This document shows, piece after piece, positions 1 through 14,086 of a stretch of 64,000 nucleotides of DNA. The DNA lies in NCBI RefSeq assembly GCF_009914755.1, contig NC_060927.1; one strand, written 5' to 3'. The notes beneath the pieces were generated by a model. It was not told where the DNA came from. It searched no databases and was given only the letters and a program-made list of their open reading frames with translations. How positions within the stretch are numbered: position 1 is the first letter of the stretch; each line of letters begins with the position of its first letter. The DNA is from the human T2T-CHM13v2.0 reference genome, Homo sapiens. Position numbers and translations under genes: made by a program.

Positions 1-659
1 GGCAAGCAAGCTCTCTGCTGAATTGCTCACCATCTCTTGACAAACATAAAGAACTCTTTGGTCTTTTAACCCCTTCTAAAATATATGCTTCATTTTTCCC
101 CCCATGCCTCCAACTCTGATGCTGTGCAGTAGCCTCAATGTCTCTTTCATCCACTCACGCTCTTAAGGGAGCCTTCTTCTTTTGTATAACTAAAAAAGCA
201 CACTAGGTTTCTTTTCATAGCACAATCCCCACATTTGTATCAAAATCACACATCACATCTCACCAGGTGATTGCTGAATAATCTCAGGGACTGTGGAGTC
301 CATACAAAAGGAAGCCATGATTAGCTTCAAAGCATTTGTGAAGTAGACCTGCTTGGCTCCCTTTCAGCCAGGTAGGCTAGTACCTGTTGGACTTCTTTGG
401 GATTAGTAGACTGCTCCCTCCAGTGACATAAAAAAATCATAAGCCAGATAGGGAAGTTATGAGAATTAAATGAGATAATTCATGTGAGGTGCTAAACATG
501 GTCCCAGGCACATATAGAAAGCAATTCATAATCAAAGCTCTTGTAATTATTAGTTAATGGTAGGATTTTAAGGAAATATTTAAGTGCCCTCCTTGTGGAT
601 GGCGATAATATATTGAAAAAGTTAAGCTCGTATTGTTTTCTTCAACAAAAAAAATTGGA

Positions 660-980
660 TATTATGTATATATAAAACAAATATGCATAGAATGTACCCC
701 ACAAATACTTACAAACATAATATATGCATATTTGTTCTATGCATAGAACGTGTAATGATCAAGTCAGGATATTCAGGGTATACATCACTGAAGTATTTAT
801 CCTACCAGTGTGTTGTGTACATGTCAAGTCCTTTCTTCTAGCTATTTTGAAAGATATAATACCTTGTTGTTAACTATAGTCACCCTACTCTTCTATCAAA
901 CATTCAAACTTTTTCTGCAATTAACTTATGTTGTTTTTAACTATAGTCACCCTACTCTTCTATTAACCAGTAGAACTTAT
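660..980 (-). mobile_element. L1MA-type LINE-1 3' end fragment, internally rearranged
   Basis: GCATAGAA..TGTAATGATCAAGTCAGG..TCTTCTAGCTATTTTGAAA..TTAACTATAGTCACCCTACTC resembles the antisense L1MA 3'UTR; contains a micro-inversion and a 67-bp-period duplication. Confidence 0.8.
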
Positions 981-1164
981 GCTGCAATGAAAGCATAATA
1001 AGCTTTCATTATGTGCTAGCTGTCTGATTCTTCAAGAAAATGGGTTTTCCCCCTCACCTTCTGACATATCCCTAAAATAAGGTCTGAACACCTGTAACTG
1101 AATCCCCTTATAAGTTTTCACCACCCAGAAAGAGGCAGCAAAGAATACCAATAAACAACTTTGG

Positions 1165-1425
1165 TTCTGAATTCTGAAATCAAGGCCCAGCTTGAATTAC
1201 TTACTATTGATTACTTACTAGCCCTGTGAGCTCCAATTCAGAATTCAAGGTCCAGGTCTATTACTTACTATCTGTGTGAGCTCTAGCAACCTCTTTGCAA
1301 ATCTGTGAAATTTAGTCAGTGACATTCCTTCATAGAAACATTATCAATGGAGAGAGATAATATATGTAAAGTACTTAGCAGAGAAGATGGTGTATAGTAA
1401 GTGCCTAATAAATGTTATTATAATT
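1165..1425 (+). mobile_element. MIR SINE with internal duplication
   Basis: TTACTTACTAGCCCTGTGAG..TATATGTAAAGTACTTAGCA..TAGTAAGTGCCTAATAAATGTTATTA resembles the MIR core and 3' end. Confidence 0.65.
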
Positions 1426-1845
1426 AATATGATTATAAAGAAGAGGCAGTAAAATGTAGTAGGTAGAATATTGAGATTGGAGGGAGATGACTCAAATTTA
1501 TGTCTAGGTTTTGTTGCTTTTAACTGCTGAGGCTCAGTATTCTCACCAATAAAGTGGGGTTAATAATATTCCCCTCCAGGGGTTGAAGGAGTGATTGTAT
1601 TATAAAGTATGTGAAAGTAAATAAAACCTTGCCTCAAACCCATAAAATCTTAATTGCGTGTAAAAATTCTTTACTTCATTTATAGTATCTGTCACCCTAG
1701 GCAAGTTGACCTTTCTTTCACATAAATTATGTCTTTTATTTGGCCTTCTGTAGTTAGTATCAAAACAAGACAAAACAAAACAAGATTGTAAACAATTATA
1801 AAGAATAATACTGCATACAGCATCATTATTTAAGAATAGAATGAC

Positions 1846-2447
<602 letters not shown>

Positions 2448-4590
2448 AATAGAATGACATTCTTTTCCTGAAAGAATGTGACCGTTGAAATTATGAAGAA
2501 AGACCACTGCTGGATTTGTGCAGTGACATTTCTGAAACACATTGTATATGGCATAAATTGCTTTAATCACAAAGGAGAGAAATATTAATATCTGTGCTCC
2601 TGTAAGCTCTACCCCAAGTTAATTTTAAAGTTATTAGTAAAGACAAATTCCATTGGGTTATTGAGTGCCTTGCTAGAGAATCTCAATACAAAGGTTTAGC
2701 AAAGTATACCCATAAATTCAGCAACACATACAACTAGCTTATTGCAATTCAGGCGGGAAAATAACTCTCTAAGGCAGGGATCACGCATGAGTTTTGCCGT
2801 ATGGGCCAACTCTCATGCATTGCATTGTAGTCGGAAAGATTCTGAGGTCAAGTCTGAAGTCAACAGTCGAAAGGGGTTCTGATCTACAAATAATATTCTA
2901 CTATGGGTGTTAGTGGGGAGAGATGACAGTGTGCTGCCTGTTCACCCTCCCTCTGCTCTGATGTGGTTTCTAATTCACATTAGAGGATTAATCATTACAG
3001 AGAAGCCCTGCTCCTCTCAGACCTTTCTCTCTAAGACTTTGGGCAAACGCCGGCACCATGTTTTTCATTCATTTTTTTCTTTTCTCTTATTATTGTATGA
3101 GAAGAAAACCAGAGAGATTTCTGTGGCATATTTTCCACACTCTCTCTTCTGTTCTCCTAGGGAGATGCCCTTCTATCCTGTCTCAGTTTCCCAATCCTAA
3201 ACGTCCTTCAAAAGTAAGTTCAAGCTCATCTTTTCTGTGCATGTTTACCTGCTCAGTACTGCTCACATGAATCTCTCGCAACTCCAAACGCCTGAAAAAA
3301 GGTTTATATCTCACAATTGAGTGTTCCGTTGTAGAATGTCTCTTATATATCTTTAGAGTGTTACTATGTCTTGTTCAAGTAGCACAGGGGCCGGGAAATA
3401 CAATTTGAAGGGAGAGGCTAATCTTTAAAGGCAGTCATTGATTGTATTTTAAATTACAATTTACAACCCCATGGTAATGAACACATAGGCTAAACAAATA
3501 TAAACTCAATTAAAATAACATGCAATGATACTTTACAAAAATGCTGCTGAGAAGAACATCGAGTTTACATCATGCTGAATATCTAAAAATAGCTAGATGA
3601 CTATTTAACCTTCTATTTATATGTATAGATATAGCGTTATAATTTTCCCACTAGAATTTAATTTTATATTATAGACCCTTTCAGTGCCTTCAGTGACCCT
3701 ATGAGTGTCTTTTTAAGATTGCCTTTGGACCCTGGTGTCGTTTTGGGACTGCCACTAAGTGCAATCCTAAAATTTTCCATAAAGATTCACTCTTGCTTTT
3801 ATTTCACAAGGTGTTTCCATTTAGTTAAAATTAATCTCTCTGTTGAAGGAATTTCTCCCAGGACTCAGAGCTTTCCATTCTTGATTAAGGTGTCTCACTT
3901 GTCAGCTTGCTGAGGGCAGGGATCTCAGAGCATAGCTCAATGGCAGCCGAAGCCCCGGTGTGATGTGTGGCATTGCTTCATTCCAGAACGAGTGTTCCCT
4001 GAGGGCTGCATTTGACATCTGCAAAACGCTCCCTCTGCATTTGCACTCTCAACACTGACACAAAAATGTAAGCCTTGTTTTGTAGTGTCCCATAGGCAGC
4101 ACATCTTGCATAAAATATTTTAAACTGTATTTCACCTTCGTGTAGGTTTGTTTTACTGGTTTCTGCATATGTCCCAAGTTAAAGCATTGCTGCAGACCAA
4201 TTTCATTCCCACCCCGACTTACCCTCCTCTCATTTGCACATTGTAACATAGCAAGGGGACACCTTTCCTCATATCCACCATCAGCCCATCCCCTACTGCT
4301 CTATTGTCCAAGATATTTACCAGCACAAGTAACACCTTCAATGTTTCATCCATTCATTCAATGTAATAAGTGGTGAGAAAACACAGTGAAAAAGAGGGAT
4401 ATATTTCTGGTCGACTTGGAGTTGACAATCCAGAGGAAAGACATTATATAAACAGGTATTCCACTAACTCTAAAAGACACTTGGATGCATTTTACAAAGA
4501 TAAAGTACAGACTGTTATAATATGACGTAGAATGGCAAACAGGAGCTCACCTAGTTTGGAAGCAGGTGATCAGGGGAACACAGAAGGATG

Positions 4591-5160
4591 TTTTAAATAA
4601 CTCTGTTGAGGTAAAATTTACATGTAATACACGGCATACATGTACACACACTATTTCATTATGTGTATATATGTGTGTGTGTGTGTGTGTATATATATAT
4701 ACCCACTACCCATCATCGTAATCAAAACATCAAATTTACCACCCCCAAAGTTTTCTTGTGCCCCTATGCAATCTTTGTTACTCTCTATATATTAGTTTAC
4801 ATTTCCTAGAATTTTATAAAAATGGTATCAGGCTTTTTTTTTTTGGAAGAGTCTGGTTTATTTTACTCAGCATAATGGTTTGAGATACATCTGTGCTATT
4901 TTGTGTTATCAATAGTTTACTCTTCTTATTGGTTGACTAATTGATAAATTATTTACTTTTTTGTTGCTGAATAGTAATCCTCTGTGAGGGTGTACTACAA
5001 TTTATTTATCTGTTCACCTGCTGATGGACATTTGAGAAATTTTCAGGCTTGTCTTTTGTAAATAAAGCTGTTGCAAATATTTGTCTACAAGTATTTGTGT
5101 GGATGTTATTCTTTCATTTTCCCTGGGTAAATATCTAGGAGTGGAATTTCTGGGACATAA
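4591..5160 (-). mobile_element. Old L1M (L1MB/L1MC-like) 3' region containing a (TG)n(TA)n microsatellite
   Basis: TTACTCAGCATAATGGTTTGAGATACATC..CTGATGGACATTTG..GGGTAAATATCTAGGAGTGGAATT is an antisense L1 motif set. Confidence 0.8.
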
Positions 5161-5734
5161 TTTCATTTTCTAAGACATTTGGTCATTGAATAAATGGCAG
5201 TGACGGTGGTCTAGACCTTACATAACCGATGTCTGACATGTATCTGAGAGTTGAAGCTGAGTTAAACTAAATACAAAAAAACTTTCCTAAGAACTAATAT
5301 GGATGTTACCAATTTCATACCCTAAAATCCATGACTTTGGATTATAAGAGAGTCCTTCTAGCTCTCATTCAAAAATCTATTTGATACCTACTTTATACAG
5401 TTCAAATAAATCCAGGTACCAAGTTTCTCATACTAGAGCATATTAGAAGCAGAAAATCCAGTGGTTGAAGAGAAGAATTAATGCAGATAAGTGAAAGCAT
5501 ATACCACAGCAAAAAAAGTGAAAAGATTGAAAAACATAAAATTATAACTCAAAACCCATAATCAAAATGGTACTTTAAGGCCATGATGTCCAGGGGCATA
5601 TGGCCCTGTAGGCGTCATTTGATTAAAGTGGAGGAAATTTTTGATGGTGAAAATTAAAATGCTAATCTGAAAGTGATAGCTATGCTTGATTGTGTAATAT
5701 GTGGCAGAATTAAGGCTAAGCTCTCTCTACACAT

Positions 5735-5865
5735 GATCTCATTTCATTCACATAATGACCCTATGAAGTAGGTATTGATACATTTTACAGAGGAAGAAAG
5801 GAAAGCTTAGAGAAGTTAAGTACCTTTGCTTTGGTTGTATGGCTCATGGCCATGACTCTAGCCTG
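5735..5865 (-). mobile_element. MIR SINE fragment
   Basis: CCCTATGAAGTAGGTATT..CATTTTACAGAGGAAGAAA..AGAGAAGTTAAGT is the antisense MIR core. Confidence 0.7.
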
Positions 5866-7199
5866 CCTACTCTAAGTAATCAAGAAAAGATTAAATTATG
5901 TTATTTTTACCTATGTAAAAATAATAATAAATTTTAAAAGAATTCCATCAAAACTAGATTTTTTTTCCTTCAAATTTGGAATTCTTCAGGAAGATGGTTA
6001 AGGTATGTAAAATAGCAGTTAAAGTAGAAACATCCATTCCCTAATCATGGAAAATAAATGAAGTTTTTCTATAAATGCTTTCTAATAATTACATTACCCT
6101 TTGTGATGCTCTGTGAGGCTATGAAAAGACTCTAGGAAACTGGGCTTCCTGAAAAGTGGCAAGAGTTTAATGCTAATACTAGACAATATATTACCCCATC
6201 TGACCTCATTAAGGGTTGCAGTTACCATGTTTAGTTACAAAGCACATATATCCCTCAAATGAGTCCACAGTTTTTTAAAATAGGAAGTCCCAGACATGTG
6301 ATCGATCACCAGATTCATTTAGAATCCATTTATCTTTATGACAATATGTATTATGGATCATCAGCCCATAATCATGCAGACTCTATTAATGCTCATTGTC
6401 CGTATGGTGATTTTAAAATGTGGTGTCTCTACTGGGAGGTTAGTTTTTTTCACACTTGTGAGTAACAAATGGAAACTCATGGAGAGGTATGGTTTCTCTC
6501 TGTCTCTTGGACTCTTATCTGAAGGTGTTTCTTTCTGTAGCACCAGAAAAGAGGCTGAACATCTAAAAACTGGAGGAGGTCAGACTAATAGAAGATTAGA
6601 TTTAGGAAGTTTCTGCTTATATCAATAGGTCCTCCAAACCAATAACAACTATAATCCTAAACATACTTTGCTTAAAGACTAATTCTAGTGTTAAATCAGG
6701 CAAACATCAACTAACCAGACCTTTCTTTTAAGGGAAGCTTCCAGCCCCAGTGTGTATCCCAGGCAATGACTCAAGCTGAGCCACCCCCAATCCATTCCCC
6801 TGCTCTTCCCGACCTCTTTCCAGTGTGCCTTCTTCTTTGTATTTCACTGTTTTGGATTTAAGAAATTTGCAAAGAATTCTTTGTGGTCCTGATAAAGATT
6901 TTCCAGCTCTCTTTTCCAGCTATGACATCACTTTAGCACCTTTGAAGCCCACTAATCAATGTATATAACCAATGATCACCAACCCCCAACCCAATCCAAA
7001 TCAACATCTCTCCACACTTCCTATGCTTCTGACACTAATTTATCTCCCACCAAAATACTACCAGATTAATCCCATCATGCCTTTATTCCCATTTTACTCT
7101 GTAACCACCAAAAAATCCAAGCATCCCAGGATTTTAAATACCCAGAATTTATCCCTATAACCCGTTATATCCCTTAACTAACATAATCTTCCATTTCTT

Positions 7200-8890
7200 T
7201 CCAATTCCTCACTCTCCAAAACATTTTCAATGTATTCCCTGGAACATGCAGTCTGTCATTAGCAAAATTCCCAATCTCCAATATTTTCTCTTATTGTTTT
7301 CTTCCTCTTCTGACTTGAATAGAAAATTGACTTCCCTTGATGACCCAGGTTCCCTTATTTTCCCCTAAGAGGAGAATGCCTTTTTCTGCTCCTTCTACCT
7401 ATGGTGGGGCCTGGGGGTTGGATGTCATTCTCTTTCTCTCTTATTGCTGTTTCTCAGACATTTCTGATTCAAAAAACTCACTGTATTAAAAACACAGGCC
7501 AACAAAATGTACTATCCTGGTTGTCATAGTTGTCTGCTAAATTTTACTCATTTCTCCTTATTTTCTGAATATTTTTGCTTGCAGCCTTCTGTTTTTCTCT
7601 CACTATTTTTGTCCTTATTTCTGGTGATTTCAAAATTTACACTGATCGTTTGCCCAAAATCCCAGTCTCTCTCACTTCCTTGACCTGTGTACATATGAGA
7701 TCTTCTCTTCCACCTGATTTCAGCCACTCATTCCTTTGGAAATATCCTATAACTTATTATCAGTAAGAGTGAAATTTGCGAAATCTCAATCACTAGCATC
7801 TTGTGTTCTCACAGCCACCTCCTTCTCTTCATAATATCACGCTAAAGATACCAGTCTGACAATTTGCAGGCCCCTTTCAGATCTCTGAAAACCCTGTCAA
7901 TTCCACCTTACGCAGTTTAACTGCTACTCTTCTTGTCATAATCATTCCCTTGCTCATACCTTCAACTCCTTTGCCTCTTCTCCATTTGTTGACTTTCCTG
8001 GCAAACCCTCTCATAACTCTCCACCTATTAGACTGCTGAATTGAGGAGGTAGAATATGGCTTGAGAAAAATGCACAAGCAGTACTGACTGGTCATTCCTG
8101 AGTGTCTCCATGGACCTTTACACCAACCAGAAATTCTACTCCACACCCTCCATCAATCGCACTTTCTCCTCTCCACTTAACCATTCATCCTATCTGTCTT
8201 CTTTTTACTTCCATTGATTCTACTTATTTCATTTAAAAATAGCATAGACACAATCAAAAGAAAACGCCTTACCTTCCTACAACCAAATCTACTGACCCAG
8301 CTGCATTTTCCCATGGATAATACCTCCTTGTTCTTAACTAGGGCAAAACCATCCACTCATGTCCTGTAGACCCTCCCTTCTGTCCCACTGGAGCCCTGTC
8401 CTCATGCAGTTATTTCTTCAGTTTTCTGTATGCTCAACATATGGGTCTGTACTAGATTATCCCTCCTGAGGTATAAACATACTACACTACACCATCCCAT
8501 CTAAAAAAAAATAAAATAAGCTAACTACAAACTTCCTACAGCCAGGGTTCCATATCTCTTTTCTTCCTTTTTAGAAAAACTCCTTGAAAGAAATAGTCCA
8601 AACTACTTCAACTTCCAGTTTTTCCTTAATTCACTGCAACTGAGGTTTCATCTCCACATCTTCCATCTTGCTAAATTTTATGGTACATCCTCATTCATTA
8701 CCTTATGCATACTTTTGATACCATATGAGCTAGATCTCCCTTAGCATTTACTTTGCTGTATTGTACTTGTTTGTCTACTCCCACCTAAATTTAGGAAACG
8801 TGAAGACTATCATTTTTGTCCCCGCACTTGCATAGCCTTGCACAATCCTGGTATACAGCTGAATAATTTTTTGTCGAATAAATGCATGAC
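7200..8890 (+). mobile_element. L2 LINE remnant (degenerate ORF2 region to 3' end)
   Basis: Pyrimidine-rich degenerate L2-like body ending in a typical L2 tail (TTTTGTCGAATAAATGCATGA); boundaries approximate. Confidence 0.65.
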
Positions 8891-8921
8891 AAAATTAATC
8901 ATGGTTAGTGATATCTGAGGA

Positions 8922-8971
8922 AATTATATCTACTGACACTAGAGCTATGAATTATATCTACTGACACTAGA
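8922..8971. repeat. Perfect 22-bp direct repeat, period 28
   Basis: AATTATATCTACTGACACTAGA at 8922-8943 and 8950-8971. Confidence 0.95.
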
Positions 8972-9204
8972 AATATAGCAAAGTGAAGAAAGCTAAGCAG
9001 GAAACAGTATGTTAGAATCAGTCAAAAGGAGAAAAAAAGGTGGCCCACATAAAAAATGAGAAAGGAAAACTCACTAGCACTACAAAGATAAAACCTGAGG
9101 AACATGAATATAATGAGATTTTCTTCAACAGTCAATGAGGACAATAATGATATGAAAATAATGAATAATGATGACATATACTTATTCCTATCAGTGACAC
9201 AAAT

Positions 9205-9345
9205 AATGCAGGTGAGAAGTGGTTAAACATGACAAGGTTCAGTTAGTGTAAGTAGTTTGTTAAGGTCACACAACTAGTAGTGCCAAGAGTGGGATTCAAA
9301 CCCAGAACTGACTAAAAGTCTTGCTCTTAACTACAATGCTACATT
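9205..9345 (-). mobile_element. MIR SINE fragment
   Basis: AAGGTCACACAACTAGTAGTGCCAAGAGTGGGATTCAAACCCAG..GCTCTTAACTAC. Confidence 0.75.
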
Positions 9346-10072
9346 GCAGTGTGAATTTTACCACCAAAGCAGTGAAGGAGGGGGACAGTTCCAGGTTTCA
9401 TCAAGAAGACTAATAGCCCAATAGGAGAAAAGTGGAGATAATTTTTTCTTAAAAAAGAAAAGGAACAAATGCTGTAATCATGTTACATTTCAAGTTTTAA
9501 GCTGTTTACTTGTCTCTGGCTATCATCAATCATGAAGTGATTGTGAGGAAGTATACTTCAAGGTTAAATGCAAGGGGAAACTGCCTTCATTTCTGGAAAA
9601 CTGCCAAAGGGCCCATGTATAGTTCATTTCTCTGCAGTGTGTAATTGCAGCTTTTATAAATAAGATTAAAAAAGAGCCTTGGTGGTCTATGGTAACCCTT
9701 ATTTTCTTTGGAGATGTTTTCCAGGTGGCCAGTGTTCTGCAAAGTGGGTATAACTGCTGCTTCAGCATAAACACAAAGCTCTGCAATTTTGCCAGGAGAG
9801 AAGTAAATTATTTGCCAAAATAGAACCATGTGGAAAACTCAGAAGTTTTAGGTTCTGAAGAACTTTTATGGGCTGACATTTTGCATTCTTTAGCTCAGCA
9901 ACCCCAAATATCTACTATATAATTAAGAACAACATCCGAGTAATACTACTGTCAGCATCTGGATGTTTATGGAGCTCTATCATGCACAAAGATGTATAGA
10001 TTACTGCATAAAAAATATATCTCTGCTCATGATGTAAACCAACACTAACTGAAGAAGAGAATGCACTAATAA

Positions 10073-10210
10073 CCTGGGCATGGCGGTGCAATCTGTAGTC
10101 CCAGCAACTTTGGGGGCTGAAACAGGAGAATTGCTTGAGCCCAGGAGTTTCAGGTTACAGTGAGCCCTCCAGCCTGGTGACAGAGCCAGAGCTTGCCTCT
10201 AACTAAATAA
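10073..10210 (+). mobile_element. Alu monomer (FRAM/AluJ right-arm-like)
   Basis: CTGGGCATGGCGGTG..TGTAGTCCCAGC..GGAGAATTGCTTGAGCCCAGGAG..CCAGCCTGGTGACAGAG. Confidence 0.85.
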
Positions 10211-10756
10211 AGGAAATTTTATCCCAATACATATCATTCATTCCAAAATGTGTGTATATGTTTAGCATTTTTAAAATCATGGTACAGTTTACAATGAATG
10301 TGGGTCATAGTTTAATTGGTAACATTTTATTCCTTTCTTATGTAAAATAGTGGTGTGACTTACATGAATGGCATCCTAGCTTCAGAGATTTATACACAAA
10401 TATTAAGGATACTCTCAGTATGAGTGAGAAATATATGCTTATTTTTTTCGTCTCCACTCTGCACATCAGATTTGCCATGCTGAAGTTCTGTTGGAGTTTT
10501 CTCTACTTGATAAAAGCTTGTTTTTGACACTTTAATGCCTTCAAGCTACTGCCTTCATTTCACCAACTTAATTTCCATACAAGACCATCTACATTTGCTG
10601 CCTCCATATTCTCACCACTGATTCACCACCATCCACCACCCCTATTTCCTTACTCAATGCTTAATTGAAATTGTTATTTTGAAGATCAGCAATAGCCCCT
10701 TAATCAACAAATTTAAAGGCCTCTTGATAGCTTTTGACGCTGTTAAATATCTCTCC

Positions 10757-11008
10757 TGTCTCAGTCAGCGGGGCTGCTATGACAAAGTACTATGGACTGG
10801 GTGGCTTATAAACAACAGAAATTTTCTCACAGTTCTGTAGTCTAGAAGTCCCAGATTAGACTGCCAATCTGGTTGGGGTTCTGGTGAGGGCCCTTTTCTG
10901 AGTTGCAAACTGTGAACTTATCATTGTATCCTCACTTGGTGGAAAGAGAGTTAGTTAGGGAGCTCTCTGGGGTCCCTTTTATGAGGGCACTAATCCCATT
11001 CATGAGGA
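10757..11008 (-). mobile_element. MLT1A-type MaLR LTR (partial), inserted in an L2 remnant
   Basis: TGTCTCAGTC..GGGTGGCTTATAAACAACAGAAATT..GAGGGCACTAATCCCATTCATGAGG; L2-like sequence on both sides (~10600-11620). Confidence 0.85.
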
Positions 11009-11853
11009 TTACGCATTGTGTAAGGACTTAAACAGTAAGTCCGTAACATCCCTCCTCTTCAAACTTCTTGCCCCCCATGGTGACTTGTCCTACTTCTCAG
11101 ACATATCCAGTCCCTTCTTTGCTCACTCTACTTCTTCCACATGCCTTCATAATATAAACGTGGTTTAAGATTCAGCCTTCAATTCTTTACACTTCCCCCA
11201 GAAATCAACAAGTCTCCCATCTGCAATTATAGTCTCCATGTATGTAAATAATCCTAAAAGGTTAATTTCTATCAGTTTCCTCTCCTCAAAGATAGTTTCT
11301 CTCAGATGACCATCCATTTTGACATATTTGCAATTTTTTATTTCTGCTGTCACATCAGCAGAAAACCAAACTCATGATTGTTCTTTTGTACCAGCTGCCC
11401 CTCCAGATTTCTTGGTATCTGACAGCAATGCCGTTAGCGTTCTCCCTGTCTTCTGTGTTCAATATCTCAGTGTCACTTTCACTTGTCTCTTTTTTTCTGT
11501 CCCTTGAATTTATGTTTGATAATTGACTGGGTGCTTTCTTCCAAATGTCTATTTTATCTGGCCTTCATTTTCTGCTTTCTTTGCCACCACTCTGGCCCAG
11601 ATCCATGCTTCTGACCAATTAACCATTGTGGGAAATGTGGGTACCAGGGAAGCAGCAAGTAAAGGTCAAGAGCTGGGTGACATCATGCTGCTTCTCTGGT
11701 ACTCAGAAATAAATGATGAGCAAAAAGACCCTAGGTGGGAGAGAGCCTGCCACTTCCCCCTGAAGAGGAACTGATGGAAAACTAGTGCAGCTGAAGCACA
11801 GAGAGGACAGAGAAAAGTTGTTCAAGAACAATCCAGTCTTCTGTGTCAGATGA

Positions 11854-12226
<373 letters not shown>

Positions 12227-13627
12227 TCTCCTTTCATCTTATTGGCAGGCACTTCCTGCCTGCACCTGATAGGTCAGGTAGACAATGTAACATTTATTTT
12301 AAAATTAAAATCTTAGGTTGTTCTTAATTGTCTCCAACTCAATTTCCGCCTACAGATGAGTAAATGACTTTTCAATGCTCTCTGGGGAGTAAATGAGCAA
12401 GGTTCTGCTCGCATCCATCTGAGTGGTGCTATTGAGGGGTCTGCTGATTACAGATAGGCAGGAGTAGGAAGTTCAGCAACCTCTCAGCAGTTCCACAAAC
12501 AAGGCACACTCAAGTTGAGAAATATCCACACCAAAAAGAAACGGTGTTTTGGTCATCCCTGTCACCAACACCCTATCCTTTGTGCCAAGGTGATCTGAAA
12601 GATTTTCAGATCTGGAGTGGATAATTACTTTGCAGGAATGTTTCAGAAGGAATGCACATATCACGAGTGCTATACGAAATGCCCTTGGGGCTCTCTCCCA
12701 GCCCAGGTCCTTCCGATGTTAACAAAGAATTTACTGTGACTCCATCAGTATGAGCTAGATTCATGGAATTTTTTTTATACTTCCAGAATTTATGTATTTT
12801 GGTGGCATCGTTTTAATCTTCTTCCTTATCAGACCACATAATTAGTGTAGGCAGGAGGTGAAAGAGTTGTGACAATGTAATACTCCTTCACATTTGGTTG
12901 TTCTCTTTTGGAGATCAAAACAGAATAATCAAGTAGGAGGAGAAAAATGTAAGGATGCAAGGTTGGACTAGTACTTCTGAGATCTTCTAAGCTGAGGATT
13001 TTCTGGGGTCTCCAGCTAATAAACAGAAGCTGTTATATTTTTGCAGTTTATATTTCTTGCAATGAATACATATTCTTAGAGAGCAGAAACAGTGTTTACC
13101 AAAAGGTGAACTTCCCTAAGATTGCCCATTAACTCTCATTCAGGCATGAATTCGTATAATCATTTCCTTGTCTTCTTATACTTACCTTGCAAATAAACTT
13201 TAAAAGATGGAAAGGCCTATGTTTAATGTATATGATGAATCAGTGTATCTATTAGAAAGTTCCAAATGTTGCCATAATGAAAAATAGGTCAAAGAGGATG
13301 GTGGCTTAAAGTCAGATATAAAAACTTTGGCAATAAATGACTAGTAAAACAAAAGAGTCTCTGTAATTGCTAATAAACTCAATTTATTGAGCCCAGATGT
13401 GGTGGTAAGAGCAGGAGTTTTGGAGCAGATATCTGGGAGTATAAATCTTGGTCCTACCATTTATAATGTATGTGATGTTTGGCCATGATGAGGCTTAACC
13501 TCTTTCATCTTCAGGTATCTCTCCTATAAGGGGGAATAATAATAATATCTTACAAAATAATGATGAAGATTAGAGTTGATTAAATAATATCAGGTATGTG
13601 ACTCTATTATAGCACAGTGACTGCTGA

Positions 13628-13697
13628 AGTATTTTATTGACTTTCAAACTCCTGGCCTCAAGTGATCCTCCCACCTCAGTATTTTATTGACTTTCAA
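13628..13697 (-). repeat. 30-bp Alu-internal fragment between perfect 20-bp direct repeats
   Basis: AGTATTTTATTGACTTTCAA (13628-13647 and 13678-13697) flanks ACTCCTGGCCTCAAGTGATCCTCCCACCTC. Confidence 0.9.
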
Positions 13698-13767
13698 CCA
13701 GTGTTGGTAACCATTATGGAATTTGCTTTGAGTTGCCAAACTATAGTAAGGCCTTAATAAGACTTCC

Positions 13768-14086
13768 TTTTTTTATTTTTATTTATTTTTATTTTTTGGA
13801 GACAGAGTCTGGCTCTGCCACCCAGGCTGGAATGCATTGACACAATCACAGCTCACTCACTGCAGCCACAAACTCCTGGGCACAGGTGATCTTCCCAGCT
13901 CAGCCTCCAGAGCAGCTGGGACTATAGGCATGCCCCACCAAGCCTAGCTACTCCTTTTTGTGCGTTTTGTAGAGACAGGGTTTTGCCATGTTGCCAGGCT
14001 GATCTCCAACTCCTGGGCTCAAATGATCGGCTCACTTTGGTCTCCCAAAGTGTTGGGATTACAGGCGTGAGCCACCACGCCTGGCT
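13768..14086 (-). mobile_element. AluJ, full length
   Basis: T-rich tail, CACTGCAGCC..CTCCTGGGCTCAA..GGGATTACAGGCGTGAGCCACCACGCCTGGC. Confidence 0.93.
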
